Shown here: positions 18,401-28,729 of the stretch, piece after piece
How the letters are laid out: every line of letters starts with the position of its first letter
Position numbering within the stretch: the first letter of the stretch is position 1
DNA from: a virus
Taxonomy: Duplodnaviria > Caudoviricetes
IMG/VR virus record: IMGVR_UViG_3300028287_000004
Location: 1-58,576 of that record
Direction: 5' to 3' (one strand)
Length of the DNA: 58,576 nt
Program-made: the position numbers and the translations under genes
The notes under the pieces: generated by a model
What the model was told of the DNA's origin: nothing
The model's database searches: none
Seen by the model: the letters and a program-made list of their open reading frames with translations, nothing else

Positions 18401-18791
18401 TGAAGCTACATTTGCTGACCTTGCAGAAAGATATGCATCCGATGCTCCATATTTAGTAGGCACTGTTGTTATATATGGCGGAGAAGCAGAAATTACAACA
18501 ACGACAGATGAAATGGATGTTTCAGTAGCTGGTATTATCTCTGGTTCTCCTGCTCTAAAAATGAACGCAGCGGCTGGTAATTCACAAACACACCCATATG
18601 TTGCACTAAAAGGTAGAGTACCGTGTCAAGTAATTGGTCCTGTAACAAAAGGCGATCTTCTTGTAACATCGTCAACACCAGGCTTTGCTAAATCAGTTGG
18701 TAAAAGAGACTTAGGTCTTGCAGTACTTGCGAAAGCACTTGAAACTAATTTAGATGATGGAAGAAAAATGGTTGAAGTTGCAGTCGTTTAA
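15405..18791 (+). CDS. Long fibre/appendage protein with TDxLSEGxNLYFT repeats and peptidase G2-like C-terminus
   Basis: About 9 TDxLxEGxxNLY(F/Y/W)T repeats; FADLAERY...ALKGRVPC. Confidence 0.75.
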   Translation: MSITKVSKFVLEDSSVSLSKLDTTSAFEGQILAVGTGNTLQFEDKLVTEDVEDIVAGLILRGNHTNISVSYVDGTNQLNLNASGAVTSVNTQTGAVVLDTDDIVEGTGNLYWTEARFNSSFASKDTDNLSEGTLNLYFTDQRVHDAISVTDLSGDGSLTYANGIITYTGPSANEVRAHFSAGTGVSIANGEISIGQDVSPSSNVVFNDINATNNVIIDGNLTVSGTTTTVFSETTRINENLLYLNEGGEATITGAVGNGTTVTYTADNTYSVGYTVDITGVTPSSFNIVDGVITATDDTTFTITSTVTDTYVSGGEAYGHAHVNADLGWVGAYDDGTYAHTGLFRDASDGVFKIFDSYTVEPSDSSSINTAHASYNAASMLVDNLTAEGDITATNISGDGTNITNVLTNYSTTDLSEGTNLYFTDERVDDRVAALMTPGTNITMHYDDIAGTFTINSTGFAGSTTDDLLEGSTHLYFTEERVDDRVSDLLVAGNNITITYDDNAGTLTIDGIEDDFSNNTTDNLSEGSTNLYFTDERAQDAVASALVAGTNTTIVYDDNANTITISATPTGGFDLSQNTTDDVAEGSTNLYYTDARVRAALTLNDTSEFDTFTYDQNTGTLTHSGVTTSQIRSTLSGGTGVTYNDATGEISIGQDVAIASDVQFENMVLTGNLTVSGAYTVVNTETINLADNILLLNSNETGVPSQSGGIEIERGTDVNVSFLWNEGSDYWSLGSENLFTSGTFLGDLQGDVIGNVTGQITDISNHTTDDLSEGIGNFYWTDTRFNDAFNGKDSDDLSEGATNLYWTVLRTRGAISTSGDLTYNSGTGVIHFDLTEHTTSELPEGTNLYYTDARADARVDILKTGLTVSGDATVHFDNISNVPAVTKDVLTGDNTNSTFNLSATPGNADAVIVTMNGVTQMPGSDYTVSGSTITFTTTPPSGQIILVRHVGYQIVGSVADNDLSITGGTMSGSILVNADNTYDLGSATNQWRTVYGHEIEATFADLAERYASDAPYLVGTVVIYGGEAEITTTTDEMDVSVAGIISGSPALKMNAAAGNSQTHPYVALKGRVPCQVIGPVTKGDLLVTSSTPGFAKSVGKRDLGLAVLAKALETNLDDGRKMVEVAVV

Positions 18792-18815
18792 TGCTATAAT
18801 TAGTCTATATAAATT

Positions 18816-19226
18816 AACTAATAATTAAACTGAAATAGTATTTTTGATAAATACTATTAGATAATGCTGATCCCCTATTCCAGTATTGTCCGCAACCAAA
18901 TCGATTTATATATAGACGGGAGAATATAATATGGCTGCATATGCAATACAATATCGTCGTGGTACTACTACTCAACATAACTCTTTCACAGGTCTTCTGG
19001 GTGAGGTTACTGTTGATACAGACAAGAACACGCTTGTCGTACACGACGGCTCAACAACAGGTGGTTTTCCACTAGCACGTGAAGGCGCTGCTTCGACCGC
19101 TTCATCAGGTTCATTTACATCAAATGTAACTGTTGGCGGCACACTAGCAGTAACATCGACCGCATCATTCTCGGATGATGTTACAATTACAGGTGACCTA
19201 GGTATGACAGGTCACATCATTCCATC
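18816..19226 (+). repeat. Direct repeat copy 1 (late promoter + leader + first ~98 codons)
   Basis: Highly similar to 25859-26267; includes GATAAATA at 18846. Confidence 0.9.
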
Positions 19227-22200
19227 TGTTAACTCAGATGGCACAACTGGTTTTGATTTAGGTTCGCCTGATATGAAATGGCGCGATCTTTATCTATCAC
19301 AAGGTTCATTGTACATTGATGGACAAAAAGTTATCGAATCAAACAGCGGCACTATTGTCGTACAGGCTGATCCAGATCAGTCTCTAACAACTAAAGTATC
19401 AGGCTCTGGTGTAATGACACTGGAATCAGCTACAACAGTTAACATGGCATCAACACTACAAATGCAAACAGGTAAGAAAATTACTGACCAGGGCGGCAAC
19501 GCAGTTGTATTTGGTGATAAAGTTGACATGGACAACAACCAACTTATTAATCTTGGTACACCAACCGAGGCTGGTCATGCAACTACAAAAGGTTATGTAG
19601 ACCAAATAATTGATAATATATCAACAGACGCTATCACTGAAGGCGATTCACAAATTGAAATCGCTGACCTTGGTACAGGTACTGTTGGTATCACAGTTGA
19701 TGGTACGCAACGCTTTGCACTATCAGCAACAGAAGCAGCATTTACTGTTCCAGTAACAGTAAACGGTGATGAACTAGCAAAAAAATCATATGTTGACTCA
19801 GTAATATCATCTGGTGGATACAGTGACAGTGATGTACAATCTGTACTAGATAACAGACCATCATTTGCAGATGGTTTAGTTATACCATTTGATAAAAGTT
19901 TATTTGCATCAGGTGGTCCAGGTAATCCTACTGAATATTTATGGGCTAAAAATAATTCAGGCCAGGTGGATTTGCAGGCTTGGAAGTATGCCAAAGGTAA
20001 TGGACAAACAAACTTAGTACTTGATGCCGGCACAGGAGCAATTGACGTTAAAGGCGCTCGTATATATGATCTTGGTGCACCAACACAAGCCAATGATGCA
20101 GCAAACAAATCATATGTTGACTCAGCAGTAGCTGGTCTAGTTGATTCAGCACCAGGCGCTCTAGATACACTTAACGAACTAGCAGCGGCACTGGGTGATG
20201 ATGCTAACTTCTCTGCTACGGTAACAAATGAATTGGCAACAAAAGCAACTACTGCATATGTTGATTCAGAAATCACAACACTATCAGCATCAGTAGCATC
20301 TGGTGGATACAGTGACAGTGATGTAGCAGATTACCTATCATCAGGAGAATTTACATACACAGCAGGACAAATTCCTTCAACATTCTCAAATCTAACTGGT
20401 GCTGAGAAAATTGGATCAGGATTAACTAATCACGGTTTTCATTGGGATTCAACTGGCCACTATTATTATCAATTAAATCAGAATAGTAATAGAATTTATA
20501 GATTTTATACATCAACGCCATGGGACCAATCTACTTTAGGTGACGAACAATCAACTCACGTCCATGGCAACGCCTCCTATTCACTTGCAGTAAGTAGTGA
20601 TGGTTTAAACCTTTATTACGGCTTGCCAGGTATTGCAGGAGCAGGATTTATCATCATGCAGATTCCGCTATCAATAGCTCATGATTTAACCAGTGCAGGC
20701 ACTCCAAAACAGTTAACAATAGGGGGAGACTTTGGAGGAGATCGATTAGCAAACGAAGTCAATTCACAATATCCTTTTAACGCTCAATGGAAGGACCTTG
20801 AAATAAGTGAAGATGGAAAGTACTTTTTCGGATGTATTGCCCGCGGCGGCACCTCTGACAGAATGATAATAAAACTAAATCTGTTAACTCCGTGTGATAT
20901 TACAACTGCAACATACAACAGCGAAATGTCGGGTTTTGAGGGGAACAACGGTAGTTATGTTAATTTTCAAATTACACCAAATAGACTCTTTACAACCACA
21001 GGAGATGGCAGTACGAAATATCTGAGATATTGGAACTTGGAAAATGAGTATGAACTTCCAAGCTCACCAACACCAGATGGTATGCTTGTACTTTCGTCAA
21101 TAGAAATATGGGCGGAGGTGCGTTTGTCTAATGAATACTTGTTCTTTGCTCAGTATGTAGATGAACGACCAAGTGGTACAGCATATTTAGCACTGTCAAG
21201 ATATACTATTGATCAAGGATCAATTGAAAGTTTACGATCCGTAACACCACTACAAATTGGTACAGGTGTTGCTATTGCAGGTGATCTAGACGTTGGTAGA
21301 ATTACGAATTTATCAACACCAACAGATGCAACAGATGCTGCAAACAAAGCATATGTTGATTCAGAAATCACAACACTATCAGCATCAGTAGCAGCTGGTG
21401 GATACAGTGACAGTGATGTAGCAGATTACCTATCATCAGGAACAGTTACATCAATTGAAGTTAAAGAAGCATCAACTGGTCCAACTGGTTTTGCAGCATC
21501 AGCACTAGCACATACATTAGAAAATCCAAACTTTGACGGCGGATCTTTGCAAGATGAGTATGGTTATTCTGTAGCACTAAATGATACACATATGATTGTT
21601 GGTGCATACGAAGAAGATGAAGAAAACGGACCTAGAACCCAGCATGGCATTACATATGTTTATAACTTATCTGATGGGTCACTAGCACATACATTAGAAA
21701 ATCCAAATGCGTTTAGTGTAGCAACCAATCCAAATATTGGAGGCGCCATGTATGGCTCCTGCGTCGCAATGAGTAATTCATATGCGATTGTTGCTGCCAG
21801 ATGGGCAACTGACAACACATATAGTCATTATCCGAACGGTGCTGTATACATATATGATACTTCAGATTTTTCATTAAAGCATAGTATACTAGCTCCAGAT
21901 CATCCTAAGGATGATTACTATCTATATAATGGCGCTGATTGGAACTATTTTGGTTCTTCATTAGCAATTGATGCCACACACGCACTTGTTGGTAATAAAA
22001 GCGTCAGAAAAGTATATATATATGACCTTGAAACTGGACAAATTGATGGTACAATTTCTTCTACCATAGACAATTTTGGTTCTTCAGTAGCAATGTCATC
22101 ATCATATATCGCTGTTTCAGATGAACGAAATGACACCGAAAAGCAAGTACACGTGTACAATCGAGCAGACTTATCATTCATGTACTCAATCAGTAATCCA

Positions 22201-25200
22201 AACGGAAATACCGCTGACTATTTTGGCGCAAACGTGAAAATGACAGAAACCCACGTAGTTGTAAGTGCCCATGCCTTTGTTGCAAATGGCGGGGGATATC
22301 GCGCTGGTAGAATATACAGGTTTAACATAGCAGATGGGTCATTGGATTACGCAATCGATAACCCAGATAACCCAAATAACCCAAACAGCCACGATTTTGG
22401 TCGGAAAATGGATATTGATGGTTCGAACTTGCTTGCTTACAGTAATGACGGCAATGAGAAAGTATCTATCTTCGACTTGTCTAATAATGGATCACTAGTA
22501 AAAACACTTGATAATCCAAACGCATACGGAGGCACATACGGTGATATCTACGGCCATTCGGTAGCAATTAAAGGAAATAATGTAGCTATATCTGCTCTAA
22601 GAGAAGATAGTTCGTCAGCAGATGATACTGGCAGAGTATACGTTTTCAAAGCTCCTGCACCGCCAGCAACGTTGTTTGATGTTGATGCTTCAACATCAAC
22701 ACTGCAAATCGGCGCAGATATGACAGTGGGCAAAACAGCAACATTTAACTCAGATGTTACTATTTCGTCAACACCAACAGAACCAACACATGCAACGAAC
22801 AAAGCATATGTTGATTCGGCAGTAGCTGGTCTAGTTGATTCATCACCAGAAGCTCTAGATACTCTAAATGAACTAGCAGCAGCATTAGGCGATGATGCTA
22901 ACTTCTCTGCTACAGTAACAAATGAATTGGCAACAAAAGCAACTACTGCATATGTTGATTCAGAAATTTCAACATTATCAGCATCAGTAGCAGCTGGTTC
23001 ATACAGTGACAGTGATGTAGCAGATTACCTATCATCAGGAGAAGTTACATCATTCGAAATCAAAGAAGCATCAACCGGACCAACTGGTTTTGTGGGAACT
23101 ACACTAGCACATACATTAGAAAATCCAAACCTCAATACCGTAAGCGGTAAAGATAAATTTGGAGGAGTTTTGGGCGCCGGTGGTACCGCACTAAACGATA
23201 CACATATGCTTGTTACTGCAACCCGTGAAGACAAACCTGGTTTAACTAATACTGGCGCTGTACATGTTTATAACTTATCTGATATGTCACTAGCGCATAC
23301 ATTAGAACTATCTTCACCTGTAGAAGGTGCTGAATTTGGCAAGGTAGTTGCAATGAATAATTCATATGCAGTTGTAGGCGCACAGCATAATCAAGGCTTT
23401 ATATACATTTATGACACTTCAGATTTTACATTAAAGCATACAGTAGCAAACCCTGTACCCAACGTCAGCACCAGTTTTGGCAAGAGTGACACAGCAATAG
23501 CAATTGATGATACACACGTACTTGTTGGTGATTATCAGGTTAAAAAAGCACATTTAATTAACCTTGCAACTGGTCAAGTTGATTACACATTCTCTGAGTC
23601 CGACCAAAACTTTGGACAATGTGTAGCAATGACACCATCTCATATAGCTATTTCTGCAAAAACTTCATCATACACGGGTTATGTAAAAGTGTACAATAGA
23701 TCAACTATGGCCTTTGAGTACCAAATCGATAACCCAGATGAAGATGGCTTCGAATATTTTGGCGGCGACCTGTTCACCCACTCTATGGTAGCAACAGATA
23801 CTCATATCATTGTTGGTGCACGACATGAAGCCAACAATGCCGGCAAAGTATATGTGTTTAACGTAGCAGATGGATCACTAGCATATTCATTAACAAGTCC
23901 AACCTCAACCCAATGGTTTGGCGACTGGATTGATGCTGATGGTTCTCATTTCGTTGTAGGCCAACACAACAGCGACGATACTGCCTCAGGTCTCGGTTAT
24001 TCAGGACAAGCACATATCTTTAACGTATCTGATGGATCATTAGTAAAAACACTTGATAATCCAAACGCATATGGCACAGCACAGGCCGATCAATTTGGTA
24101 TAAAAGCAACAATTAAAGGTGATTATGTAGTGGTTACAGCATCACATGAAGCTGATGCAACAACAACTGAAGCCGGTAGAGTATACGTATTCAAGGCTGC
24201 TGTTCCAGAAGTCTTGTTTGACATTGATGCTTCAACTGCAACACTGCAAATCGGCGCAGATATGACAGTAGGCAATACAGCAACATTTAACTCAGATGTT
24301 ACTATTTCGTCAACACCAACAGAACCAACACATGCAGCAAACAAAGCATATGTTGATTCAGCAGTAGCTGGTTTAGTTGATTCATCACCAGAAGCTCTAG
24401 ATACTCTAAATGAACTAGCAGCAGCACTGGGTGATGATGCTAACTTCTCTGCTACAGTAACAAATGAATTGGCAACAAAAGCAACTACTGCATACGTGGA
24501 TAGCTCAATTGCAGCTAATCCAGGTCCAACAGGTCCACAAGGACTTAAAGGTGATACTGGTGACCAAGGCCCAACAGGTCCACAAGGACCTGCAGGTGAT
24601 GATGGTGCTACTGGTGCAACAGGTCCACAAGGACTTAAAGGTGATACTGGTGATACTGGTGCTACTGGTGCAACAGGTCCAGCAGGCGCCGATGGTGCAA
24701 CAGGTCCAACAGGTCCAACAGGTCCACAAGGACCTGCAGGTGATGATGGTGCTACTGGTTCAACAGGTGCAACAGGACCACAAGGTCCAACAGGTCCACA
24801 AGGTCCAACAGGTCCATCTGGTTCCGACGGTGCTGCACCAGCCGGAGCAATTATATATCATACATCTAACACGCCCCCATCAGGCTTTATCAAAGCTAAT
24901 GGTGCAAGTCTAAGCACAAGCACTTACTCGGCACTGTTCTCAGTTATCGGTTACACATTCGGTGGTTCTGGCGGTTCGTTTAACGTGCCTGACCTTCGTG
25001 GCGAGTTCTTGCGTGGTTGGGATGACAGTCGTGGTGTTGACAGTGGTCGTAGCTTTGGTAGCTATCAAGCGGATGAGTTTAAGAGTCACTCTCACACAAT
25101 CTACGCCTCCGGTAGCTCCGCTGGATTCGCTGGTGGCCCGTGGTCTGGACTGCAAGCCCCTACTACAAGGTCCACATCCTCAACAGGTGGTTCAGAAACT

Positions 25201-25242
25201 CGCCCACGAAACGTAGCATTACTTGCCTGTATCAAATATTAA
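18931..25242 (+). CDS. Mosaic long tail fibre/adhesin: Mtd_N-like N-terminus, three beta-propeller-like modules, collagen repeat, tail-collar domain
   Basis: IQYRRGTT...GEVTVDTDK start; [14 protein letters not shown] linkers; FGxSVA..IVGA blades; Gly-X-Y run; [15 protein letters not shown]...[15 protein letters not shown]. Confidence 0.85.
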   Translation: MAAYAIQYRRGTTTQHNSFTGLLGEVTVDTDKNTLVVHDGSTTGGFPLAREGAASTASSGSFTSNVTVGGTLAVTSTASFSDDVTITGDLGMTGHIIPSVNSDGTTGFDLGSPDMKWRDLYLSQGSLYIDGQKVIESNSGTIVVQADPDQSLTTKVSGSGVMTLESATTVNMASTLQMQTGKKITDQGGNAVVFGDKVDMDNNQLINLGTPTEAGHATTKGYVDQIIDNISTDAITEGDSQIEIADLGTGTVGITVDGTQRFALSATEAAFTVPVTVNGDELAKKSYVDSVISSGGYSDSDVQSVLDNRPSFADGLVIPFDKSLFASGGPGNPTEYLWAKNNSGQVDLQAWKYAKGNGQTNLVLDAGTGAIDVKGARIYDLGAPTQANDAANKSYVDSAVAGLVDSAPGALDTLNELAAALGDDANFSATVTNELATKATTAYVDSEITTLSASVASGGYSDSDVADYLSSGEFTYTAGQIPSTFSNLTGAEKIGSGLTNHGFHWDSTGHYYYQLNQNSNRIYRFYTSTPWDQSTLGDEQSTHVHGNASYSLAVSSDGLNLYYGLPGIAGAGFIIMQIPLSIAHDLTSAGTPKQLTIGGDFGGDRLANEVNSQYPFNAQWKDLEISEDGKYFFGCIARGGTSDRMIIKLNLLTPCDITTATYNSEMSGFEGNNGSYVNFQITPNRLFTTTGDGSTKYLRYWNLENEYELPSSPTPDGMLVLSSIEIWAEVRLSNEYLFFAQYVDERPSGTAYLALSRYTIDQGSIESLRSVTPLQIGTGVAIAGDLDVGRITNLSTPTDATDAANKAYVDSEITTLSASVAAGGYSDSDVADYLSSGTVTSIEVKEASTGPTGFAASALAHTLENPNFDGGSLQDEYGYSVALNDTHMIVGAYEEDEENGPRTQHGITYVYNLSDGSLAHTLENPNAFSVATNPNIGGAMYGSCVAMSNSYAIVAARWATDNTYSHYPNGAVYIYDTSDFSLKHSILAPDHPKDDYYLYNGADWNYFGSSLAIDATHALVGNKSVRKVYIYDLETGQIDGTISSTIDNFGSSVAMSSSYIAVSDERNDTEKQVHVYNRADLSFMYSISNPNGNTADYFGANVKMTETHVVVSAHAFVANGGGYRAGRIYRFNIADGSLDYAIDNPDNPNNPNSHDFGRKMDIDGSNLLAYSNDGNEKVSIFDLSNNGSLVKTLDNPNAYGGTYGDIYGHSVAIKGNNVAISALREDSSSADDTGRVYVFKAPAPPATLFDVDASTSTLQIGADMTVGKTATFNSDVTISSTPTEPTHATNKAYVDSAVAGLVDSSPEALDTLNELAAALGDDANFSATVTNELATKATTAYVDSEISTLSASVAAGSYSDSDVADYLSSGEVTSFEIKEASTGPTGFVGTTLAHTLENPNLNTVSGKDKFGGVLGAGGTALNDTHMLVTATREDKPGLTNTGAVHVYNLSDMSLAHTLELSSPVEGAEFGKVVAMNNSYAVVGAQHNQGFIYIYDTSDFTLKHTVANPVPNVSTSFGKSDTAIAIDDTHVLVGDYQVKKAHLINLATGQVDYTFSESDQNFGQCVAMTPSHIAISAKTSSYTGYVKVYNRSTMAFEYQIDNPDEDGFEYFGGDLFTHSMVATDTHIIVGARHEANNAGKVYVFNVADGSLAYSLTSPTSTQWFGDWIDADGSHFVVGQHNSDDTASGLGYSGQAHIFNVSDGSLVKTLDNPNAYGTAQADQFGIKATIKGDYVVVTASHEADATTTEAGRVYVFKAAVPEVLFDIDASTATLQIGADMTVGNTATFNSDVTISSTPTEPTHAANKAYVDSAVAGLVDSSPEALDTLNELAAALGDDANFSATVTNELATKATTAYVDSSIAANPGPTGPQGLKGDTGDQGPTGPQGPAGDDGATGATGPQGLKGDTGDTGATGATGPAGADGATGPTGPTGPQGPAGDDGATGSTGATGPQGPTGPQGPTGPSGSDGAAPAGAIIYHTSNTPPSGFIKANGASLSTSTYSALFSVIGYTFGGSGGSFNVPDLRGEFLRGWDDSRGVDSGRSFGSYQADEFKSHSHTIYASGSSAGFAGGPWSGLQAPTTRSTSSTGGSETRPRNVALLACIKY
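24520..24830 (+). repeat. Collagen-like Gly-X-Y repeat
   Basis: [13 protein letters not shown]... continuing for about 100 aa. Confidence 0.9.
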
Positions 25243-25307
25243 GGAGACACAGATATGAACGTATATCAAACCATTAAGGAGAAACAAATATGAACGTATA
25301 TCAAACC
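25238..25307 (+). repeat. 35-bp tandem duplication of RBS + first six codons
   Basis: ATTAAGGAGA(C/A)ACA(G/A)ATATGAACGTATATCAAACC twice. Confidence 0.9.
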
Positions 25308-25685
25308 GACATCGATGGTGTCTTTGTAGGCATCACAACAGCAGACACCGACCCAATGGATGAAAGCAACATACTTATTCCAGCAGGCTGTGTCGAGATT
25401 GAACCACCTGCAACAGCAGAGGGCCAGTTTGCACGATGGGATGGCGCTGCATGGTCTGTAGAGGATTTTCCAACACCTGAGTTAGAACCAGAACCAGAAC
25501 CAGTAGACCCAGCCATAGAGGCTCGTTCTAACCGTGATGCACTTTTGTCATCTTCTGACTGGACACAGGTTGCTGATGCTCCTGTAGATCAAGCTATATG
25601 GGCAAACTATCGTCAGCTTTTAAGGGATGTACCAGCACAGCCTGAATTCCCACACGATGTAACATGGCCTACTAAGCCAGAATAA
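25290..25685 (+). CDS. Tail fibre assembly chaperone
   Basis: RSNRDALLSSSDWTQVADAP...WANYRQLLRDVPAQPEFP..V.WPTKP; follows the fibre gene. Confidence 0.85.
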   Translation: MNVYQTDIDGVFVGITTADTDPMDESNILIPAGCVEIEPPATAEGQFARWDGAAWSVEDFPTPELEPEPEPVDPAIEARSNRDALLSSSDWTQVADAPVDQAIWANYRQLLRDVPAQPEFPHDVTWPTKPE

Positions 25686-25701
25686 TTAATATAAAACTAA
25701 T

Positions 25702-25731
25702 CAAGGGCGTAACTTAATTGTTGCGCCCTTG
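25702..25731 (+). terminator. Hairpin / probable terminator
   Basis: AAGGGCGTAAC-TTAATT-GTTGCGCCCTT; weak U tract. Confidence 0.6.
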
Positions 25732-25799
25732 TATTTCATACATAATAATGGTAACCCGATGGTTTCCGCTTTTTTCGACGGAAAAAGAGCTATAAAAGA

Positions 25800-25859
25800 A
25801 TGGCGACACAGAGAAAATTTATTATCGATGTCGGACATTCAGAAAAACAATTAATATAA
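25800..25859 (+). pseudogene. Possible truncated gene remnant (MATQRKFIIDVGHSEKQLI*)
   Basis: Short ATG ORF ending where repeat copy 2 begins. Confidence 0.3.
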
Positions 25860-26267
25860 ACTAATAATTAAACTGAAATAGTATTTTTGATAAATACTAT
25901 TAGATAATGCTGATCCCCTATTCCAGTGTTGTCTATAACAAATCGATTTATATATAGACGGGAGAATAAATATGGCTGCATATGCAATCCAATTCCGACG
26001 TGGTACTACTACTCAACATAACTCTTTCACAGGTCTTCTGGGTGAGGTTACAGTTGATACAGACAAGAAAACTCTTGTCGTACACGACGGCTCAACAACA
26101 GGTGGTTTTCCACTAGCACGTGAAGGTGCTGCATCAAGTGCTTCATCAGGTTCATTTACATCAAATGTAAATATTGGCGGAACACTAGCAGTAACTTCAA
26201 CAGCATCATTCACAGATGATGTATCAATTACAGGTGACCTAGATATGACAGGTCACATCATTCCATC
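25859..26267 (+). repeat. Direct repeat copy 2 (late promoter + leader + N-terminus)
   Basis: Highly similar to 18816-19226; GATAAATA at 25889. Confidence 0.9.
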
Positions 26268-28623
26268 AGCAAATATCACATATGATTTAGGTTCGCCTAC
26301 AATGATGTGGAGAGATATTTACGTTGGTCCAGGTTCACTATATGTTAACGGTAAGAAAGTTATCGAAGACAACAATGGGTCAATCAACTTTACAACAGAT
26401 GCAAACGAAACACTAAAATTAGTTGTTCCAGGTGCAACTGGTACTCTACAATTCTCAGCTGGTTCGTTGCAACTAGATGGTGAAATTAACGCTATCACAG
26501 GTGATATCACATTCGGCGATCACCTAGATATGAGTTCAAATCGTATCAAAAACATTTCAGCTCCGGTTGAAGGCACAGATGCAACAAACAAAACATATGT
26601 TGACAATGCAATTTCTTCAGGTCTGTCAGGTGGTTCACTTGCAGTTGATGCAACAACAGGTAACTTCTCAGGCGATGTTACAGTTGGTGGTTCACTAACA
26701 GTAACAGGCACAGTGACAACAGTTAACTCAGAAACAATTGAACTAGCAGATAACATTCTTCTACTAAATTCAAATACTTTAGGTAATGCGTCACAATCAG
26801 GTGGTATCGAAGTAGAACGCGGCGATGATCTAAACGTTCAACTACTATGGGACGAAACAAATGATCGTTGGTCAGTAGGTTCAGAAGACTTTAAAGCGGC
26901 TACATTTATCGGTAATCTAACTGGTGATGTAACTGGTACAGTTTCGTCGATTGCAAACCATGATTCTGATGATCTATCAGAAGGCACAGCGAATCGTTTC
27001 TATACAACAACACGTCAATTAGCTATGGAAGCATATGTTGATTCAGCAATTGGTAATCTTAATAATACAGTTAATAACCTTTCATCAGATAGTATTACTG
27101 ATGATTCTGGTAATACTAGGATCACGATCAACAACAGCGGACAAATTCTGACGGTAGTAAATTCTGTACCGTATAATGTCCATGCAGGTGGCGTTAGTGA
27201 ATCGTTTGTAAGTTTTAGCCCTGCAGGTGGTAACATTAATTCGATCACGTTGGGTAACAGCAACGCCCCATGGAGCAAAGGTTACTTCAATGATGTTGTA
27301 GTAAATAGTGCACCAACAATTTCAACACATGCAGCAAACAAATCATATGTTGATTCAGTAGTAGCAGCTGGCGCATACAGTGACAGTGATTTAGTAGATT
27401 ATCTTGCTAATAACCAAACATTTTTTGACAATATAAGACGATCTGACGCCAGCGCCACAGTTGGTACGTGGGCAGACCCTTTCAACCAGGTAAATGGTCA
27501 ACACCTTATTTTAACAGAATCTATTATGTGGCCAAGTGCAGCAGCAGAACATGGATCTTACAAACTTGTTGAAATAAAAGGGCAGACTGGTACTGGTACA
27601 ATTCATGCAGAGTTCTTTCCAGACGTAATCAAACCGGGTTATTCAACTGGTGGTGACGATGTTAAACTAGAACCAAATGCGGGTGGCGTTGTTAATGTAA
27701 GCAACAGCAAAATCTCAAATGTATCAACACCAACAAATGCAACAGATGCTGCAAACAAATCATATGTTGACTCAGTAATAGCAGCTGGTGAATATGGTGA
27801 CAGTGATGTTAAAACATATCTAGAGGCATACGATGGTAACATTAATCTTGACGCAACTAAAGCTATATCTTACAAAGATTTTCAAAACACCTCACGAGAT
27901 ATCATTACAGTTACGGAAGCTGGCGGTTCAGCTATCGGCGCTGCAATTCGAGCAACTTACTTCACACAAATTGATCCAAACAATGATTTCATAATCTCAA
28001 CAGGTACTAAAAATGCGAGATTTAATCTAAATAGTGGTCATATGAGTCTAGGAAATTCTCAAATCAAATATGTTGGCACACCAACAGATACAAAAGATGC
28101 AGCAACCAAAGAGTATGTTGATTCAGCAGATACAGCACTAGGCGGTCGTTTAGATGTTATTGAAGGTACTGGTACAGGTTCTGTAGCTAAAGCACTAGTA
28201 GACGCTAAAGCATACGCAGACCAAGCAGAAGCAGACGCTATCACATCAGCAACAAATCTAGTTGCTAATGCAACTGGTTCAAACCTAAGTCTGGCTAACA
28301 AGTCAACATCTGATCTATCAGAAGGTTCAAACCAGTACTTCACAGATGCAAGAGCGGTAGCGGCAGTAGAATCAGCACTAACGCACTTCCACTCAGCAGA
28401 ACAAGTAGTATCAGCAGCAGTAGCAACATCTAACGCATCTGGTTCAGTGTCATTCACATTCTCAGAACTTGCAGGCGCGGATCACTATGCAGTGTATCTA
28501 AACCGTCAACTTCTACGTCCAGGTGAATTCACAGCTAATGCTAACTCAACAAACAACCTAACAATTTCAACAGGCATTCTTGCAGAAGATGACGAACTTG
28601 AAGTAGTAGGTTTTAAACTATAA
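25972..28623 (+). CDS. Second fibre protein with the same Mtd_N-like N-terminus
   Basis: MAAYAIQFRRGTT...; DA(A/T)NKSYVD linkers; GGIEVERG. Confidence 0.8.
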   Translation: MAAYAIQFRRGTTTQHNSFTGLLGEVTVDTDKKTLVVHDGSTTGGFPLAREGAASSASSGSFTSNVNIGGTLAVTSTASFTDDVSITGDLDMTGHIIPSANITYDLGSPTMMWRDIYVGPGSLYVNGKKVIEDNNGSINFTTDANETLKLVVPGATGTLQFSAGSLQLDGEINAITGDITFGDHLDMSSNRIKNISAPVEGTDATNKTYVDNAISSGLSGGSLAVDATTGNFSGDVTVGGSLTVTGTVTTVNSETIELADNILLLNSNTLGNASQSGGIEVERGDDLNVQLLWDETNDRWSVGSEDFKAATFIGNLTGDVTGTVSSIANHDSDDLSEGTANRFYTTTRQLAMEAYVDSAIGNLNNTVNNLSSDSITDDSGNTRITINNSGQILTVVNSVPYNVHAGGVSESFVSFSPAGGNINSITLGNSNAPWSKGYFNDVVVNSAPTISTHAANKSYVDSVVAAGAYSDSDLVDYLANNQTFFDNIRRSDASATVGTWADPFNQVNGQHLILTESIMWPSAAAEHGSYKLVEIKGQTGTGTIHAEFFPDVIKPGYSTGGDDVKLEPNAGGVVNVSNSKISNVSTPTNATDAANKSYVDSVIAAGEYGDSDVKTYLEAYDGNINLDATKAISYKDFQNTSRDIITVTEAGGSAIGAAIRATYFTQIDPNNDFIISTGTKNARFNLNSGHMSLGNSQIKYVGTPTDTKDAATKEYVDSADTALGGRLDVIEGTGTGSVAKALVDAKAYADQAEADAITSATNLVANATGSNLSLANKSTSDLSEGSNQYFTDARAVAAVESALTHFHSAEQVVSAAVATSNASGSVSFTFSELAGADHYAVYLNRQLLRPGEFTANANSTNNLTISTGILAEDDELEVVGFKL

Positions 28624-28633
28624 TCTAATCAAT

Positions 28634-28661
28634 GTTGGGGGGTTTGAACATTCCCCCCAAC
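28634..28661 (+). terminator. GC-rich hairpin (terminator or processing site)
   Basis: GTTGGGGGG...CCCCCCAAC. Confidence 0.5.
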
Positions 28662-28729
28662 AGTTTACATTGTAAACACTGGGGACGAGAGGTCCCTTCG
28701 TATTAGAAAACTCATTAAGGAGACAAAAA

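Noticed and set aside
24464-24913. 149-aa Gln/Val-rich alternative-frame ORF
   Set aside because: Off-frame reading of the collagen repeat
18816-26267. Diversity-generating retroelement TR/VR pair (Mtd-like N-terminus plus repeats)
   Set aside because: No reverse transcriptase in the window; repeats are N-terminal or linker sequences and differences are not adenine-specific
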